A DNA stretch of 64,000 nucleotides, taken from positions 3,410,001-3,474,000 of the forward strand of contig NC_092672.1 in assembly GCF_964355755.1 (NCBI RefSeq), read 5' to 3'. This document shows, piece after piece, positions 26,423 to 40,800 of this stretch (position 1 is its first letter; the number at the start of each line of letters is the position of its first letter). This DNA is from Antedon mediterranea. Its lineage: Eukaryota > Animalia > Echinodermata. Both the position numbers and the translations under genes were made by a program. Below the pieces are notes generated by a model that saw only the letters and a list, made by a program, of their open reading frames with translations, had not been told where the DNA came from and made no database searches.

Positions 26423-29400
26423 TTTCCCTATTTGTTTTGATCGCTCTACGTCGATCGGCAAAACACGGTAAACTTCGGCGGGGCGAACAAAAGAAATTAG
26501 AGCGCCACCAAGAATCAACATCATCATGACTATTTTTATCAATGAGTTTTAATTAATTGATTAATTAATTGGGTCATCGTGTTTATAAAAACTACTGCAA
26601 AATAGTTAATCTGTTAATTGTGTTTTAACAGACTTTTTATCACTGACTAATCTATTATATGAGTTATGCCTTCTATAGGCCGACTGCAGCAATGTATCAT
26701 TGGGACGTGGACAGTAGTAGCCTATGCACAATTGATTGAATGTTTTCAGGGGCGTATCCAAAATTAATTAGGGAGGGGCTCAATCAGCTAAGTCCATAAT
26801 TTTCTCTAAAATGAACAAAATTTCCACCATGAATTAATTAGTAATAGTTCCTCCAGACTTTCAGAAAATTTAACAGACGTTTATAAATTCCTAGACCTAC
26901 TGTAGAGGCCTGAGACTGGACCATCGTTAAGAGCGTTAGTGTTTTATAGTAGGCATACTTAGGGATCAGTAAGTTTATTTTTCTCCACTTACTTATTTAC
27001 TATTACAATATATCATTCAGAAAAATATTATATTCTCTGTTTTGCTATACTCAGAGCCATATTATATTGAATATATGGTTCTGGCTATACTGCTGTATCG
27101 CGCCCTCTAGTTCATCAATGGTGACAAAATTAAAATCATTCAATACAAAATTCGTGATATGCACAATTTATTTTATTTATAAATAATAGCGATATTTAAT
27201 ATCAGGATGAAGGAAATAAATAAAAAATTGTATATTTTTTGTATTTACATTCAGTATAAGAGGATGTTATACTATATAGTTATAGCGGGGATTACGAAAA
27301 GAAAAAAAAGCAAATTAGGCCTATTGGACGAATGCCTAAAACACGTCATAAAGAAATTAAAAATAACTTTAACACATGAGGCACGTGTCCACTCTATCAC
27401 ATACATGATGGTGAAAATATGATTAAGATTAAAAAAAAACTATCTATCCACATAAAGTGACTCAATCAACACACAGACAGACGATGATTAAATATTATAA
27501 GAACACTTTAATATAATGATAAAATATAAGTTGTATTTTTTATAAGTTTATTTTTTTAGTTATTTCTCGCAGCAGCAGCAGCGGTGCGCGAACTCAGTGA
27601 AGCTTGTACGTATAGTCGACGATGTTTTAGTTGTTGTTGTTTGAACGTGTTTATTGTGACCGCGCAATTTAGGATTTAAGTTTTAAACATTGGTGATATC
27701 GGAAGGTATTGGCTATGACAATTTCCTATCAGTTCAGTAACTCAGCAGTTTGCCAACCGACTAACATGACTTAATCGAAGTACCCGAATAAGGATTACCA
27801 CGATGATGACATTTACTATTAAGGATTGATAATATTAACTGTTTGTAACTGTGTCCTTTGTACAGCTTTAATAAAAGGTAAGCACTCGATTTTTAAAACT
27901 CGAAATATCTTAAAAACAAATTTAGGTTGCGACTGGTAAAAGATAGTCTTAACCGAAACAACTTGAATATGTCGTGGCATTGAAGATTTTGCATAGCAAT
28001 TGTATATATAGTCCTTATATACGCACATGGCATTATTATTAACTTTCTTCCTATGTAATATGGCACACATGTCCGTGTGTACACCCCGTGTGAACAGACA
28101 CTTCATACGCACGTGTTATCCCGTTTTTTATCCGTGTCATTCGTTCCTCAGGAGTGCATCAAATTCAAATATATTAGCTTTCATCTAGAATTTCAGATGT
28201 CAGTAGGCCTAGTCAATCTTAAAACTCGAACCTCCATACAACTTTTGATTTTTTTTAGCCACACCCATGATATCTGTCAAAATGTAGGCCTATCAATAAT
28301 TGAAACCGGATAAAATGATGTAAGAAAAACAAGATAAGAATATAAACTTAAACTTGCGTATTCAAATTGCTACTAGAATGTTAATTTATAAAAATACTAA
28401 GATTTACCGCAGACATCGTATATAATCTAATAAAGAAATTTGTTAATGATGACAATAATATGGATTTTATGTGATGGTATGGCAAGATTTTTTTTTATTT
28501 ATCATTTTGAACGAACCGCGTACAAACTAGTCATCGGTGTTCAAAAGAATGTACCATTTTCTCCAAGTCTGAAATCTCATTTAATAGACCAAAATTCTAA
28601 CTATTTGGTCAAAACTTGGAAGAATGATGACAGTTGATATACATTAAAAATATGCCTAATTATTACGAGTTCCAGAAACGGACATGAGGTTGATGAAAAC
28701 TTAACGTCTTTCATTGATATGTCCAGTGTCGGCTATAGACGCCTTGACCATGGGTCAATAGAGGAAATAGATTAGGCTGATTTGCGGCGTAATTTATAAA
28801 CGTGTTGTTGTGTTTTCAACAGTGTTCAAAAGGCGCCTAACAAAATTACTACAGGCAGTGATGGTCGTTCTAGAGCACAATGTCAAACGAATATTTTAGC
28901 TTCTGGCGTTTTGTCAATGGGCTGCAGAAAATTAAATGATGTAAAGTCTAAATTAAGCGGAAATTAGTATTTCTTCTCACTACACGACCTTTTTAAGAAG
29001 AAAGTAACTTTGACTGTTGGTGAGACGAGATGAGTCACTCGGCCTCAAATCACTCACGTCAGTGGGACTACCGTTCAGTGATAGGGTCACCGTCATTAAT
29101 ACAGCAGGCCTACGAATTAAGATGTTGTTAACAAATATTGAAAAAAATCCTAAAGGATTGAAAAAAAGTCAATATTTGTCACGCCGGGTGAACTTTTCAA
29201 AGCTAAATCCCGTTGGGAAAAAGGACGATTTTTTGTCAAGGAATATTGTGTCACTAAGCTGAGGGAAAAATGATTATTAATATTATGTGAGAATCTATAT
29301 GAATGGAGGAGGCCTGTTTTGAACATTATTATATACAATTGTTTTATTCCGCGTGATGATTACAAATAAAATGTTTATTTAAATTTACATTATTGTTCAG

Positions 29401-31816
29401 AGATATTTAAAAATGATGACACAATTAACCGGAATTTAACCGAAAGTTAATAATGGAAACTTGCGTCATCATCATCATCATTAATCAGTTGATTCATGTT
29501 ATGATGATAACCAGATCTCAGTTGACACCTTCGTCTACCTTTGTCACTTCCTTGCTGTGAAACAAAGGGATATTTAAGGCCTAATATAGCAAAGCCTGTC
29601 AAATCTACTTCTAGGCCTAGGGCATTTGCAGTTAAATGTCCCCGGCCTTCTGTTAAACTCGTCAGGCTTGTTGGCACTGGACCCTCTGAAGTTGTTTTAT
29701 TCTTTAGGCCCCCTTTTATAAAGACCACTTCACCAATGAAAATCTCGAAATGATACTGGCCTTCTGAACTAGACTGCAGAATAATTCTGATCACTTGCGG
29801 CGATGTGATCGATTAGACCATCTCTTTTGATATTACAAATTCTGTAAGTTTAGTAACAGCAGTAGGCCCTACTGTTTCTATGTGGTAGTCCGGTAAAGCA
29901 AACAACTAAAAAGAACTGTCGTAGACCTAAAGGAAAGAAGAACAGAACAAGAGAACTCCAACCATGGTTGGAGTATTCCCTTGTTTTTGTTTTGCAATTT
30001 TTGGTTTTTTGTTGTTGATCAAATAGATCAAAAGTGCTGTACTAAAAATGATATCTTACAAGGACGTTTTTCGCAAATGAAATTTATAACTGTACGAATA
30101 ATTTGTCTAATTATATATTTTAAATAATGATATTGATCTTATAATATTATTAATGAAATAATGTTATCACAATGGTGTACTTCATTACGACCTAAAGGCC
30201 TATAAATAATCATGTTTCAGAGTCCGGTATTGTTTCAATCCTATCCGTTTTTACACTTATATTATCATATATAATAATTCCCACCGCTACCGTATTTTTG
30301 ACGGATACTTGGATTTGTTAAACACAACTAACTTCCGTAAATATAAATATAATCCACGTGTTCATGCACGGGAAAGTGAATATAGATGATGAGTTGTTTC
30401 AGTTATTTAGTCAAGCGTGTAAAAGAAGTTGACAATTTTGCAGGTACTTTGTTCATTTTATTTTGTTATGATTATTTTAAGCGTAAATTAGATTCAATTT
30501 ATATGTTTCTAATGGCCTACTATATTAGTTAATACTGGCAGTGTTCCGGGGCTCAAACAGTTCTTGTTAAACTATTATATCAACATTAGGCCTATTAGAA
30601 GCAACCTAACTTACTCCGACAGAATATTCAAAGATATTTAGGCCTACAGGATTTTCAAAGGGTTTTCAAGAATCTGAAATAGCCTTATCATCGGAATAGG
30701 GGTTATACAGGGTTTGCGCATGCGCATTAAAAATAAAAGTTTTCTACTCCTTCGTTTCATTGTAAAATGTTGAAGAAGAAAACCTTTTTCACAGGGGCCT
30801 TGATAATCCCTGTGGCTTGAACCGAAATTGTTGCCTTTTCTTGCGGAAACCGGACTACTTTATTTCTCGTGGCTATATCACTGAGTTCTATTGCTAGAGG
30901 TCGATTAATATTAAGGGAAGTTGGAAGGAAGAAAACGATATATAGAGGAAGGAAACGCTTGATTAACTCTCAATTGTAGGCATTTAAGTCCCTGTAATGA
31001 CAGAGAAAGAACACCTTACCTTGCATTAGACAATTTTTCCCTCACAAAACTTGTAATTAAGTAGGCCTAGAAACATTTTACAATCTTCATTATTTATTAT
31101 TACAACGTGAGTGTCTCATCTCATTCCAATAGACCATGAGCATTGTGCTAGAACTAATTAATATTGTACAAACTGCATGTGGCACATGCACAATTAATTT
31201 ATTTAATTTTTTATTCTAAATTGTTTGTGCTTTATTTTATCTTTATAAATTATATTTATTTTCCTTTAATTGTTTAATTTATTATTTATTATTTCTTGCC
31301 CTTTTTTTATAATTACAATTTTCATATAAATACTGTATAGACATTTGATTATTTTAATGTACGATTTTTTCTACTTTTAGTGTCATTTACAATGGTTTTT
31401 AATGTAATTTTTTTTTTCTATTTTAAGCATTTAATTCACTTTCGATGTAATATTTTGTTGCAATAAGTATTAGGCCTAACTAAAAAAATACCCGGATGAT
31501 GGCTGTGTTTAAGACAATTTATAATTTCGTTATTTAGTGTACATTTTTAGTAATTCTGTATTAATGAACAATGATTTATTTATTTTTTATTTTGTAAATC
31601 AAATATGAAATTGTTAGATTCAAATAATTTTTATGAACCTTTATTTAATAAGAAGATGAATAGCTATATGTTGATTTTGTTTGCTTTTAATTTTAATTTC
31701 AAGTTTTCCATTGTAATGTCTTATATGATGAAAAAATAAATAAAAACAAAATTTAATTTATTTTCAGTATTCAAATAAAAGGAAGAACATTGGGAAAGTT
31801 GTCAAAAAAAGAAGAA

Positions 31817-34800
31817 ATGGACAGGGCGGGAAGAAACGACGATGACGGCCGGGAGAATGCTGCCAGGGATAGGCCTGCTCCAGAAAGCAATGCATCATCA
31901 CAAACAACATCTGCAAACGGTAAGTAAGAGGCCTACATTCATGATTGATGTCCTCTTCAAATATCTTGATAGTGAAAACATTTCTTCTGGTTTCAATAGT
32001 ATATTGATATGTAGTTCATTGATAGTAAACCAGTAATGTAAACTTACGTTTGCAAGACCAATCGGCGTCATATAACGCATAGCAACTGAAGAAGTCAAGC
32101 TGACAGCAATACGAAACTGTCTTGCAAACGTAAGTTTACATTACTGGTTTACTATCAATGAACTACATATCAATATATCTTGATATTATATCATGTTACC
32201 GTCTGACTGTATATAATGTATGCATATATTGTATACTATTGTTCTTCGATATTTGAATAAATGAACTGAATTCAATTGAATTTATTTCAAAAGTCGTACT
32301 ATTTATCATCTAGTGTTTCACCCAGATGGAATATATGGAACGCATATCAAATAATTTTTGTTTTATCTGATCTTCATTCGACTACTAGTTCAATTTAATT
32401 CAATTCACATTTATTTACTCATCGTTTATAAATATAATTTCATAGCATAAATGATGGCAAGGATCCTGCATAGAGAAGTTTACACTTCTCTTTTCACAGG
32501 ACCCTTTTACATAAAAAAATAAACACAACATAAAATAGATATAAAATAATTTTAAAAAGCATTTCCTATTTACATTTTAGAGTTGTTCATCATCAAAAAG
32601 CGATAGTGTTTTTCTAACATGATTATTTGTACATTTATTTTTCTTAAAAGAAGATATTCAGTTTATTACTTCCAGTACATGTGAATTCTTTCTTTATATA
32701 TATTTATATATAGTAAAAATGCTGTATTGTTTTATTATGTACAACGATTTCTTGTTCATTCTGGACGATTTGATTGATGTTTTTATTAGTTTCTTTGCTG
32801 TTATGAATATTAGTATTTGTTTTCTGAGGTGCCTTGATGTAAAATATTAAGTTTTAAAAGAAAGCTAAATGCAGGCCTATTCATCCATCATTCTAAAATA
32901 AAGATGTTTTCATATTTATTTTGGTTGGTCAATCGGTCAGTTACCATGTATAAAATCACATATTTTTCTTGGATTTTGTTTCTTTTTGTCAGTGGTTTAA
33001 AAAAAATGTAGTCAGGAATTTGTTTTTGTAAAAAAAAATCATAATCTTGAAAATAATTTTTCAAAAAGAAAGATGACCTGAAAATCTGGAGTCACTCAAC
33101 TGAAATGACCTAGATCTGGTGAATATAGGAAATACAGTGTTGTTACTCGTAATACATGTTATTGCAGATAGCAAAAACTAAGTAGCACTTAGGCATTATG
33201 TGACAGAAAGTTCATATTGCTTTGGAAAATTAGCTAGTGTTAACAATGCTGGGAACGAATTAATGTGAACAATCTGACATTATTTACAAGGAATCATTCA
33301 TAGGGCTACTATTACAAGTGACGGATCCAGAAGGACCTAAAATGGTTAAATAAGTACTGAACTTAATATATAATGTCTTGTAATCGATCTACACACACTA
33401 GTTTGACAAAAAAGGTGTGATGTGCCCAAATATGGTAGTGATATGCTCAAAAATGGTATAGTGATATGACATCATCATGTCCATATATGAGCACATAACA
33501 TTTTTTTGACACACCATTTGATAGTGTAGACAGAGCTTTAGGAGGGGTTGTGACTTCCCCCAGTATCCGCTTAGGAACCACCTGGCTACTACAGCAACCA
33601 TGAATCTTCTGTAACAATCGAATTATTCTTATTATTACAAAAAAATATTATATTAATGACGCTATTTTATACACCGAAGGTCTTTGCCTACAATGTTTTT
33701 TGTCCAATAATACAAAACGACAAGACATAGGCCTACGCTTGATGCTAAATTCAGGGGATTACACCACGCACAGCGTATAATTTAAAAAAAGTTTCGTAAT
33801 TTTTAACTATGCATAATGTGGGAGCAGTGGGAGGTTAGGTGTGATGTCAGAATGGTATTAGGCCTACTACTGGATGTGAAGTAGCGGTAGTCTGCGTGGT
33901 CAAGTAACCGCCTACTTTTGGCGGACGTTTATGATTGTTCTAAATACAGTTACGCCTACGCATTGAAGCTACAGAGGCCTATATTCAGCGGTATTCCTTG
34001 GTAAATGAGAAAATTTAACATTCCGAAGAAAACAGTATAGAAAATCAATTTTGCCGTTTGGCCACCACTCCCCCTCACTCCCACTCTATTGCCATCCGCC
34101 TATATTCTCAGGTCTGCAATTCTATTGTTACGTCACTCGTTTGACAGATCAGCTACAATTGACAGTAGGAAGGAAATTCATAAGCCAAAAAGGAAGAGCT
34201 TTTTTCCCATAGAGTAGGCACAGTAGATAATACGGTAGCGTGTTAATACAAAATAGAAACCTATGTATTATTCCAGTAACATACACAAGGTCTGGGGGTA
34301 ATGCGTCTCCTGTGGGTTTAAATGCGTCGCCATGTCCATGATGTCGACAACTAGCGACGGGATGGTATCGAAGAGAACACTAGTTTCAAGCTCTGTCTAC
34401 ACTATCAAACTAGTTTGACAAAAGTGTGATACTCAAATATGGTAGTGATATGCTTAGATATGGTAGTGATATGACATCATCAGGTCCATATGCGCACATC
34501 ACATTTTTTGTCACATAAAAGTTTGATAGTGTAGACAGAGCTTAACGCGTTGATATCATGGGTTGGTATCAGGTGACATCTAGTCAATCATGAAGACCCA
34601 ATTTAACAGAACACAACGTAACATTTTTGTAACGATATTAATTGAGTTTTTAATACATCGTTTATAAAACAAGATAAAATGCTTTTTCTTCCTCCGGACT
34701 TCAGATGTTTCTCAAATTTTACTGGTTTCAGTCTAAAGCCTATATGAAGATAATGGCACAGTTATTCGGTTTTTATTCCACAGATTATAATACAGCTCAA

Positions 34801-37800
34801 TTTATTTTGCCAAATGTCTGCCATGATACACGATAAAAGTGTAATGGAGGAGGCGTGTTAAATAGATTACAGTAAGCCCAATGGTGTATTTATCAATCAA
34901 TAATTATAAAAGATTATTCAATAATAAAAACACTTGTTCAATTACGTTATACGCAAATTAATACGAAACAAACTGTGTTGTTCCACTCTTGACCGTTTGT
35001 GAGTTCCAACCTAAAAATAGATCTATGCACTTCCTCCCTAGATCAAACTCACAAGGTCGACATTTGGACAGGAGAGCTGTTGTTAGTACGTGTGAATTTT
35101 CACATGTATACACAAGTTGTAATGAGCACTCGCATAAATTCGAGAGCGCAACACATCTCTGGACCTAGTCAAACTTTCTCTGTCTGATAATTGTGTTAAA
35201 TCTGGTCTCACGTGTCGTACAGATTCTAAACTAGTCCTCGAACATCACCCGCGTGGTGGTAATTCCAACCATTCGACGTATGGTGATAGTTTAATGTTAA
35301 TAATTTCAAGATAATTAGGAAAGAATATTGTTTCCGACAAAAATTAAGTTTCTCTTTCACAGTCCCTTAATTAAACCATGACCATTCGGCTGTTTTGAAA
35401 CGAGAGGGATCTAAAACAACCTCGACTCGAAAATGTATCAAAAGAGTGTTTTGACCAAGGTAATGGATCATAGAGATATTATGGAGGAACCCAGGAAGTG
35501 TGCCTTAAAAAAACAGAAAGAGAAATGTAAACTAAAACCAGGGAATAGTTAGCAACTCACTGATTAAAATCAAAATTACGAAATGCACAAAAAAAAAATC
35601 CAGTTTAATATTAATAAAGAATGATAATGTAATAATAGAAAAAAACTCTTGAATCGTAACAAACGAGTCTTTAATTTGAATCTTTAAGCGCCATTTACCA
35701 ACTTCTGTCCAACTAGGCCTAATGAGGTTAACTGGCGATATGTTTGGAACGAATTATGATGATTATTATGATATTAATACTTTTTCTTATACCTTTAGTA
35801 ACAACAAATTATGATGATTATTATGATATTAATACTCCGAATAATAACAATTATAGCATTATTAACACTACTACATATATTAGTAAAGTCCTTTATTTGT
35901 GGGTGTAACAAACCTCAAATACTGGAACGAAACTATATTACCCACATTTCAGTGACACAAACGTCAACAAATAAGGACATCGGAAAAACATAACAATAAA
36001 ATATGTAACACTAGACAGACAATAATCCTAATGTTGTGTACTAATTTCATCGATGACGACAAAAAAAAATTAACCCGCGCATAGGACGAAGTGACTTATA
36101 GTGATTACCTTAGACATACTTTGACACGCGGATTTACAATGTGTTCCTGTTGCGGTATTCTTGTGCGTGCATTTTAACCGGAATTGTAACTAATAACCCG
36201 GAATATATTTTGTTTATACCTTTTATAATAAGAGATTGAATTAAACAAGATTGAAAGTCATTTTTACCACAATGCTAAGGAGTTGCAAATTGAATATCTA
36301 ATTTGCTGATGTGACCATATCGAACAGGAGATTGTCTGATTACAAACGGACATAAACCTACCTGCCAATAATGGTGACGTAACGCAGAGGACTGAGGCCC
36401 TGGTTTAGGGACGCTAAGTGGCCCTCCGGGGAGGCCTTGGGGCCTTTTAGACATATTTTACGCCTTATTTCCCATTCGGGTCCTGCCCAAGCATCCTCCC
36501 ACCCATATAAGCCCCGAGGCCCCTGGATTTAGCCAGTGTGCGCTCTGGATTTAGCCAGTGTGCCCTCATGGCTGTTGCACCACTGGTGGAACTCTTTTCT
36601 GTCATCTTTGACATCGGGTCTCACATCTCAATTTTTTTCATAAGCGCTTCAAGTTGGATCTCAATTAGTACTTCATGGTACAAAGTGCTATAGTGTTTTT
36701 TATTTATTTTAGTAAACGGTTCTGTGAAAGTTACGCAACTTTAAAAAAAAAAGTGTTGTATTTGTTTCATTAAATAAAACGTAATGTTTTCAGGCGAATT
36801 ATTGATTGAAAATGGATGAAATAACAAAGGGTGGTCAAAAATGTTAGGCCTACACCAACTACATTCTGAATAGCTAAGCTATATATAAGACACCACTGTA
36901 GTGGGGTATAGTTAGGGATATTATGGCTCAAAATCTTGCAAAACAACCACATTTTGTGTATGGGCGCAAAAAAAGTTGACCCTTCGGCCGGTTTGAATTA
37001 TGTAAATTAGGTGATCCCGTGTGGTCAACACACGAAATTTGGTGCTATTGCAAGAATTTGAACCAAACATTCTTATTTGAACCCTAACAGCCCCCACTGC
37101 CGAATATTTTCTAGATCTACCTTTTGGGTTTCTGTAAAACGTGATTGCATAACGTGAGAACCAATACGTCATCATCCAAGATGTGTAAGGAAGATGATAC
37201 AACAACGAGCAGTGTCTCAAAGAAGACAATGTCTACGTCATAATAAGTTTGAAGGAATTCACAGATGTCTGAAATGAGTAATATAATTCCACACGTACTA
37301 CGCATTAATGATTCAAAAGAATCATTATTATGACAGACACGGTCGCCGCTGAATTTATTCATTTAATGACACACCCTAATTATATGAAAAATGTATCATA
37401 AACTGTAACATAATCGCCTCAATTTGTAAAAATTTAGAAATGTAACAATTACTTACATAAAACTATATTTAGAAAAGTAATTGATCTACAATAATATAGA
37501 GGGCGCTACAGATATGTGCCTCGCAAGAGCCATAATATTGAGTTCCGACATTGAATGGATTAGAAGCCATTTTTGTGTCCAACTATTCCTATGTAGAGTA
37601 TGGCTCTGGTGCCTCATTCACAATGACGTATTACTAATACATTCAGTATATTATAATTAGTTAACAAATGATAATCTTCTATAAGTATCGTAAGCTTTAA
37701 GTGACAAAAAAATGTGATGTGCCCATATATGGACAAGATGACATCATATCACTACCATATTTGGGAATATCACTACCATATTTGGGTACATCACACTTTT

Positions 37801-40800
37801 TTTTGTCAAACTAGTTTGATAGTGTAGACAGAGCTTAATAAATTTTAGATATTAATTAAGAAAAGTTGATCTATTTCAACGGAAATTATACATTGCGATA
37901 TGGGTTTTGAACATTAAATCATCATGATATCGAGGAAATCCATGTCAAAAATGCAGACAAAGTCAACTGAGACTTGGCTATTATTGTGCTGTATGTAATA
38001 TACTGGATGTTTACTTGATAGCTTGATCCTTTATTTAGGGAAGAGTCCTCAATCCTCTTTTAAAAGATGTCAAACAGGGTGCAGAGACAACTGCAGACAT
38101 ACTATTCGTATTCGTCATAATTTAATAACCTCACATAATATTAAAGGAATTTATTAAAAATAATATTGTGTCAAAACTTTCTTGACATTTGGAAATAACG
38201 TACAGCTGCCTAACAGCCTTCAATGGTGTCTTATGTGGTTCGTCATTAATATTGTATTATTTATACTAAATAAAATATACTATCCGCCCCCCCCCCCCCG
38301 CACCCAATATCCCCCACCACCCCAAACAACCCAACCATTCCTTCCCATGTTACAGGCCGCCAATGATAAACTCCTCGTAGAACAATAAATTGCACAGATT
38401 TCTCAACGAAAGAATGGTTTAAATAGTAAATAAAAGAAAATTACTTAATAAGTTTACGTTTGCCTACAGCACGTACTTATTCTTAAATTTGTAATTAGGC
38501 CGATGTCAAACTAAACCCATTCGGAAGTTTAAATAAAATGTACAAGAATGTCAATATCCTTAGGACAAATAAGAAGAGGTTAACACGTGTCTTAAGTGAT
38601 ATCTCTACAGTAATTCTAACGTGCACGCTGCAATAGAAAATCATTGTTATACAGAATAATGAATGTTTTCGAAACCACAGTAGGTATCAACATTAGCGAA
38701 TCGTTGACTAATCTATAATAATCACATTATCTAGATTAGTTAGCCGTGTTATCTCTCTAGCGATCAACTCAATACGAATGTAATTCTATTGCTTCATTGT
38801 CGCGTTACGGTACCCACGTATCTCAGAGGCCTAATGACGAATCAGTAGTATAGGCGTTAACTTAAAGAAAACAGCGTATATCCATTTAACCAGGGAAAAG
38901 GAAAGCAAAAAAATTATTCTTCTCTGTTAAAAAAAATTACATTGTATAGGGTACAGTCAACAATTTCTGGGAAGGCGTTTCCCGTTAGAATATAAGCCAG
39001 ACTTTTTAAACACCACAAAAACGTGGAAAGGTTTCTTTCGACAGAACACCGGTACCTGACGTGTTATTTTACCATTGTTCTTCCTGTTGACACAAGTGAC
39101 AAATTTATTTCAATGACAACTTTTGAAACGTCATTTTAAAGTTTTGTCATTGTCTTATAAGGAGTGGCTTTGTCTTGTTCGTTGGAAATAATGTTCTTCA
39201 ATGGAAATAATTTAAGGAATATTTCAAATGTGTAAGTTTATTTTAACTATTCTAGTAAAGTTGTTGAAATTGCTGTTTAAAGAGAATTTTTTCTTCGTTT
39301 AAACTAATTCTATATTTATCGAAAAAAAAGTACGAAATTGTTTATTGTATCGTATATGTTTTAAAATGGTGTATTCGTTCTATTGTTGTTTTGTCGGCAA
39401 TTTAAGGAATATTTCAAGCAAGTTTATTTTAACTATTCTATTATTAATTAAATTGTTGTAGAGAGTTTTTTCTTCCTCTAAACTAATTCTATTTATCGAA
39501 TAAAAAGGACAACATTGTTATTTTTGGTTTATGGAATATTTAAAATGTGTATTTAGTTGAAATTGCTGTTTTAAGATATTTTTGTCTTTAAACTAATTCT
39601 ATCTATCGGATGAAAAGGACGAAATGTGTTATGGATTATTAAAATAGTAGGGGCCTATATTTGTTTTGTTACTGTTCGTCAGCCCTTACATTTCAGATTA
39701 GCCACACTAAAAAGTAATTGTATAGAGAGTTAGCGCTTTCTACATTTAAGATAATCTTGCGGTATCTATCGAATAAAAAAGACGAACTTGCTATATTCTA
39801 TTTGGTTTAGATTATATATTCGTTCTATTTGTCGGCCTTAAATAATTCTCGGCCACACTAAAAATTAATTGTTTACCTGAATAAGAGGTATAAGATTTTT
39901 GTTTTTTTATCGTTTTGTCGAAGTTTCTAATTTCTATATATTATATTTCTACCTATGCTGCCTTATACAAGCTTCGCTTTTTTGGAATGTTGCCCCTCTT
40001 ATTTTAATCAAATTTACTGTTAATTTTTATATTCTATGAAAGAAAAGAAGAAAAATAAATGTTACTTTGATTGATTGATTGATTGATTGATTGACCTATA
40101 AACCGTTACGTTTTCGCGTGTTTTTTTTTTTTACCAATATCGATTACCAGTATAAATAGTTGTCATTATTTTAAAACGATTATAAATGCAAAATCATTCG
40201 TAATACTACTTTTAATTAACTATGTACGTGTTTTAGCTTATCTAATACCTCCGAAAAACACACACATAGACCCACATAGCCTGTACACACCGCCGGTTAA
40301 GAAAAGGCCGGGAAAACTAAGCAGAAAGGGTAGTCGAGAGGCTAGGAGTACCGAGACAGAGTCTGGATACCTACAGCCTTTCAACCTACAGTCACCTTCA
40401 GAAGAAGTGGCAGACAATGATTATTACAAAACCATAGGTATCACTCTCTTAAAAATACTGACAGTTCCATATTAATTATCTTAAAGCTCAATAGTTATTT
40501 GAATTCGTGATTGCTTTCTAATCTGTCAGCCTTCTAAGGCTTAGTTCCCACTTTGGCGCAACTTAGAAGAAGGGCGTAAGTGCGCGGCAAGTAATTTGAC
40601 CAATCACGACACGATTGACATCCAAACTGTCGCTTGTGATTGGTCTATTCGTCGTTGCGTTGCGCCCAAGATTGGGAATCAAGCTTTACAGAGCATGTGC
40701 TTTAACGAATATGCCTGATAATGTTTGCTGTGTGTTGTGCGCAAAATAAACATTGCATTTAATGCACGTTGCATCTGACCTGAAAATGCATGACCTAAGG

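Noticed and set aside
26423-26542. Signal-peptide-like N-terminal extension of APPBP2 (MIKIVMMMLILGGALISF…)
   Set aside because: Homology begins at MAQPCAASVLEW (ATG 26422) and APPBP2 is intracellular. The extension probably overlaps the promoter/5' UTR, though a longer start cannot be excluded without TSS data.
29447-29794. 115-aa minus-strand ORF and overlapping 70-aa plus ORF
   Set aside because: No recognisable domain and non-ATG starts. The region is better explained as a non-coding exon ending at the 29843 donor.
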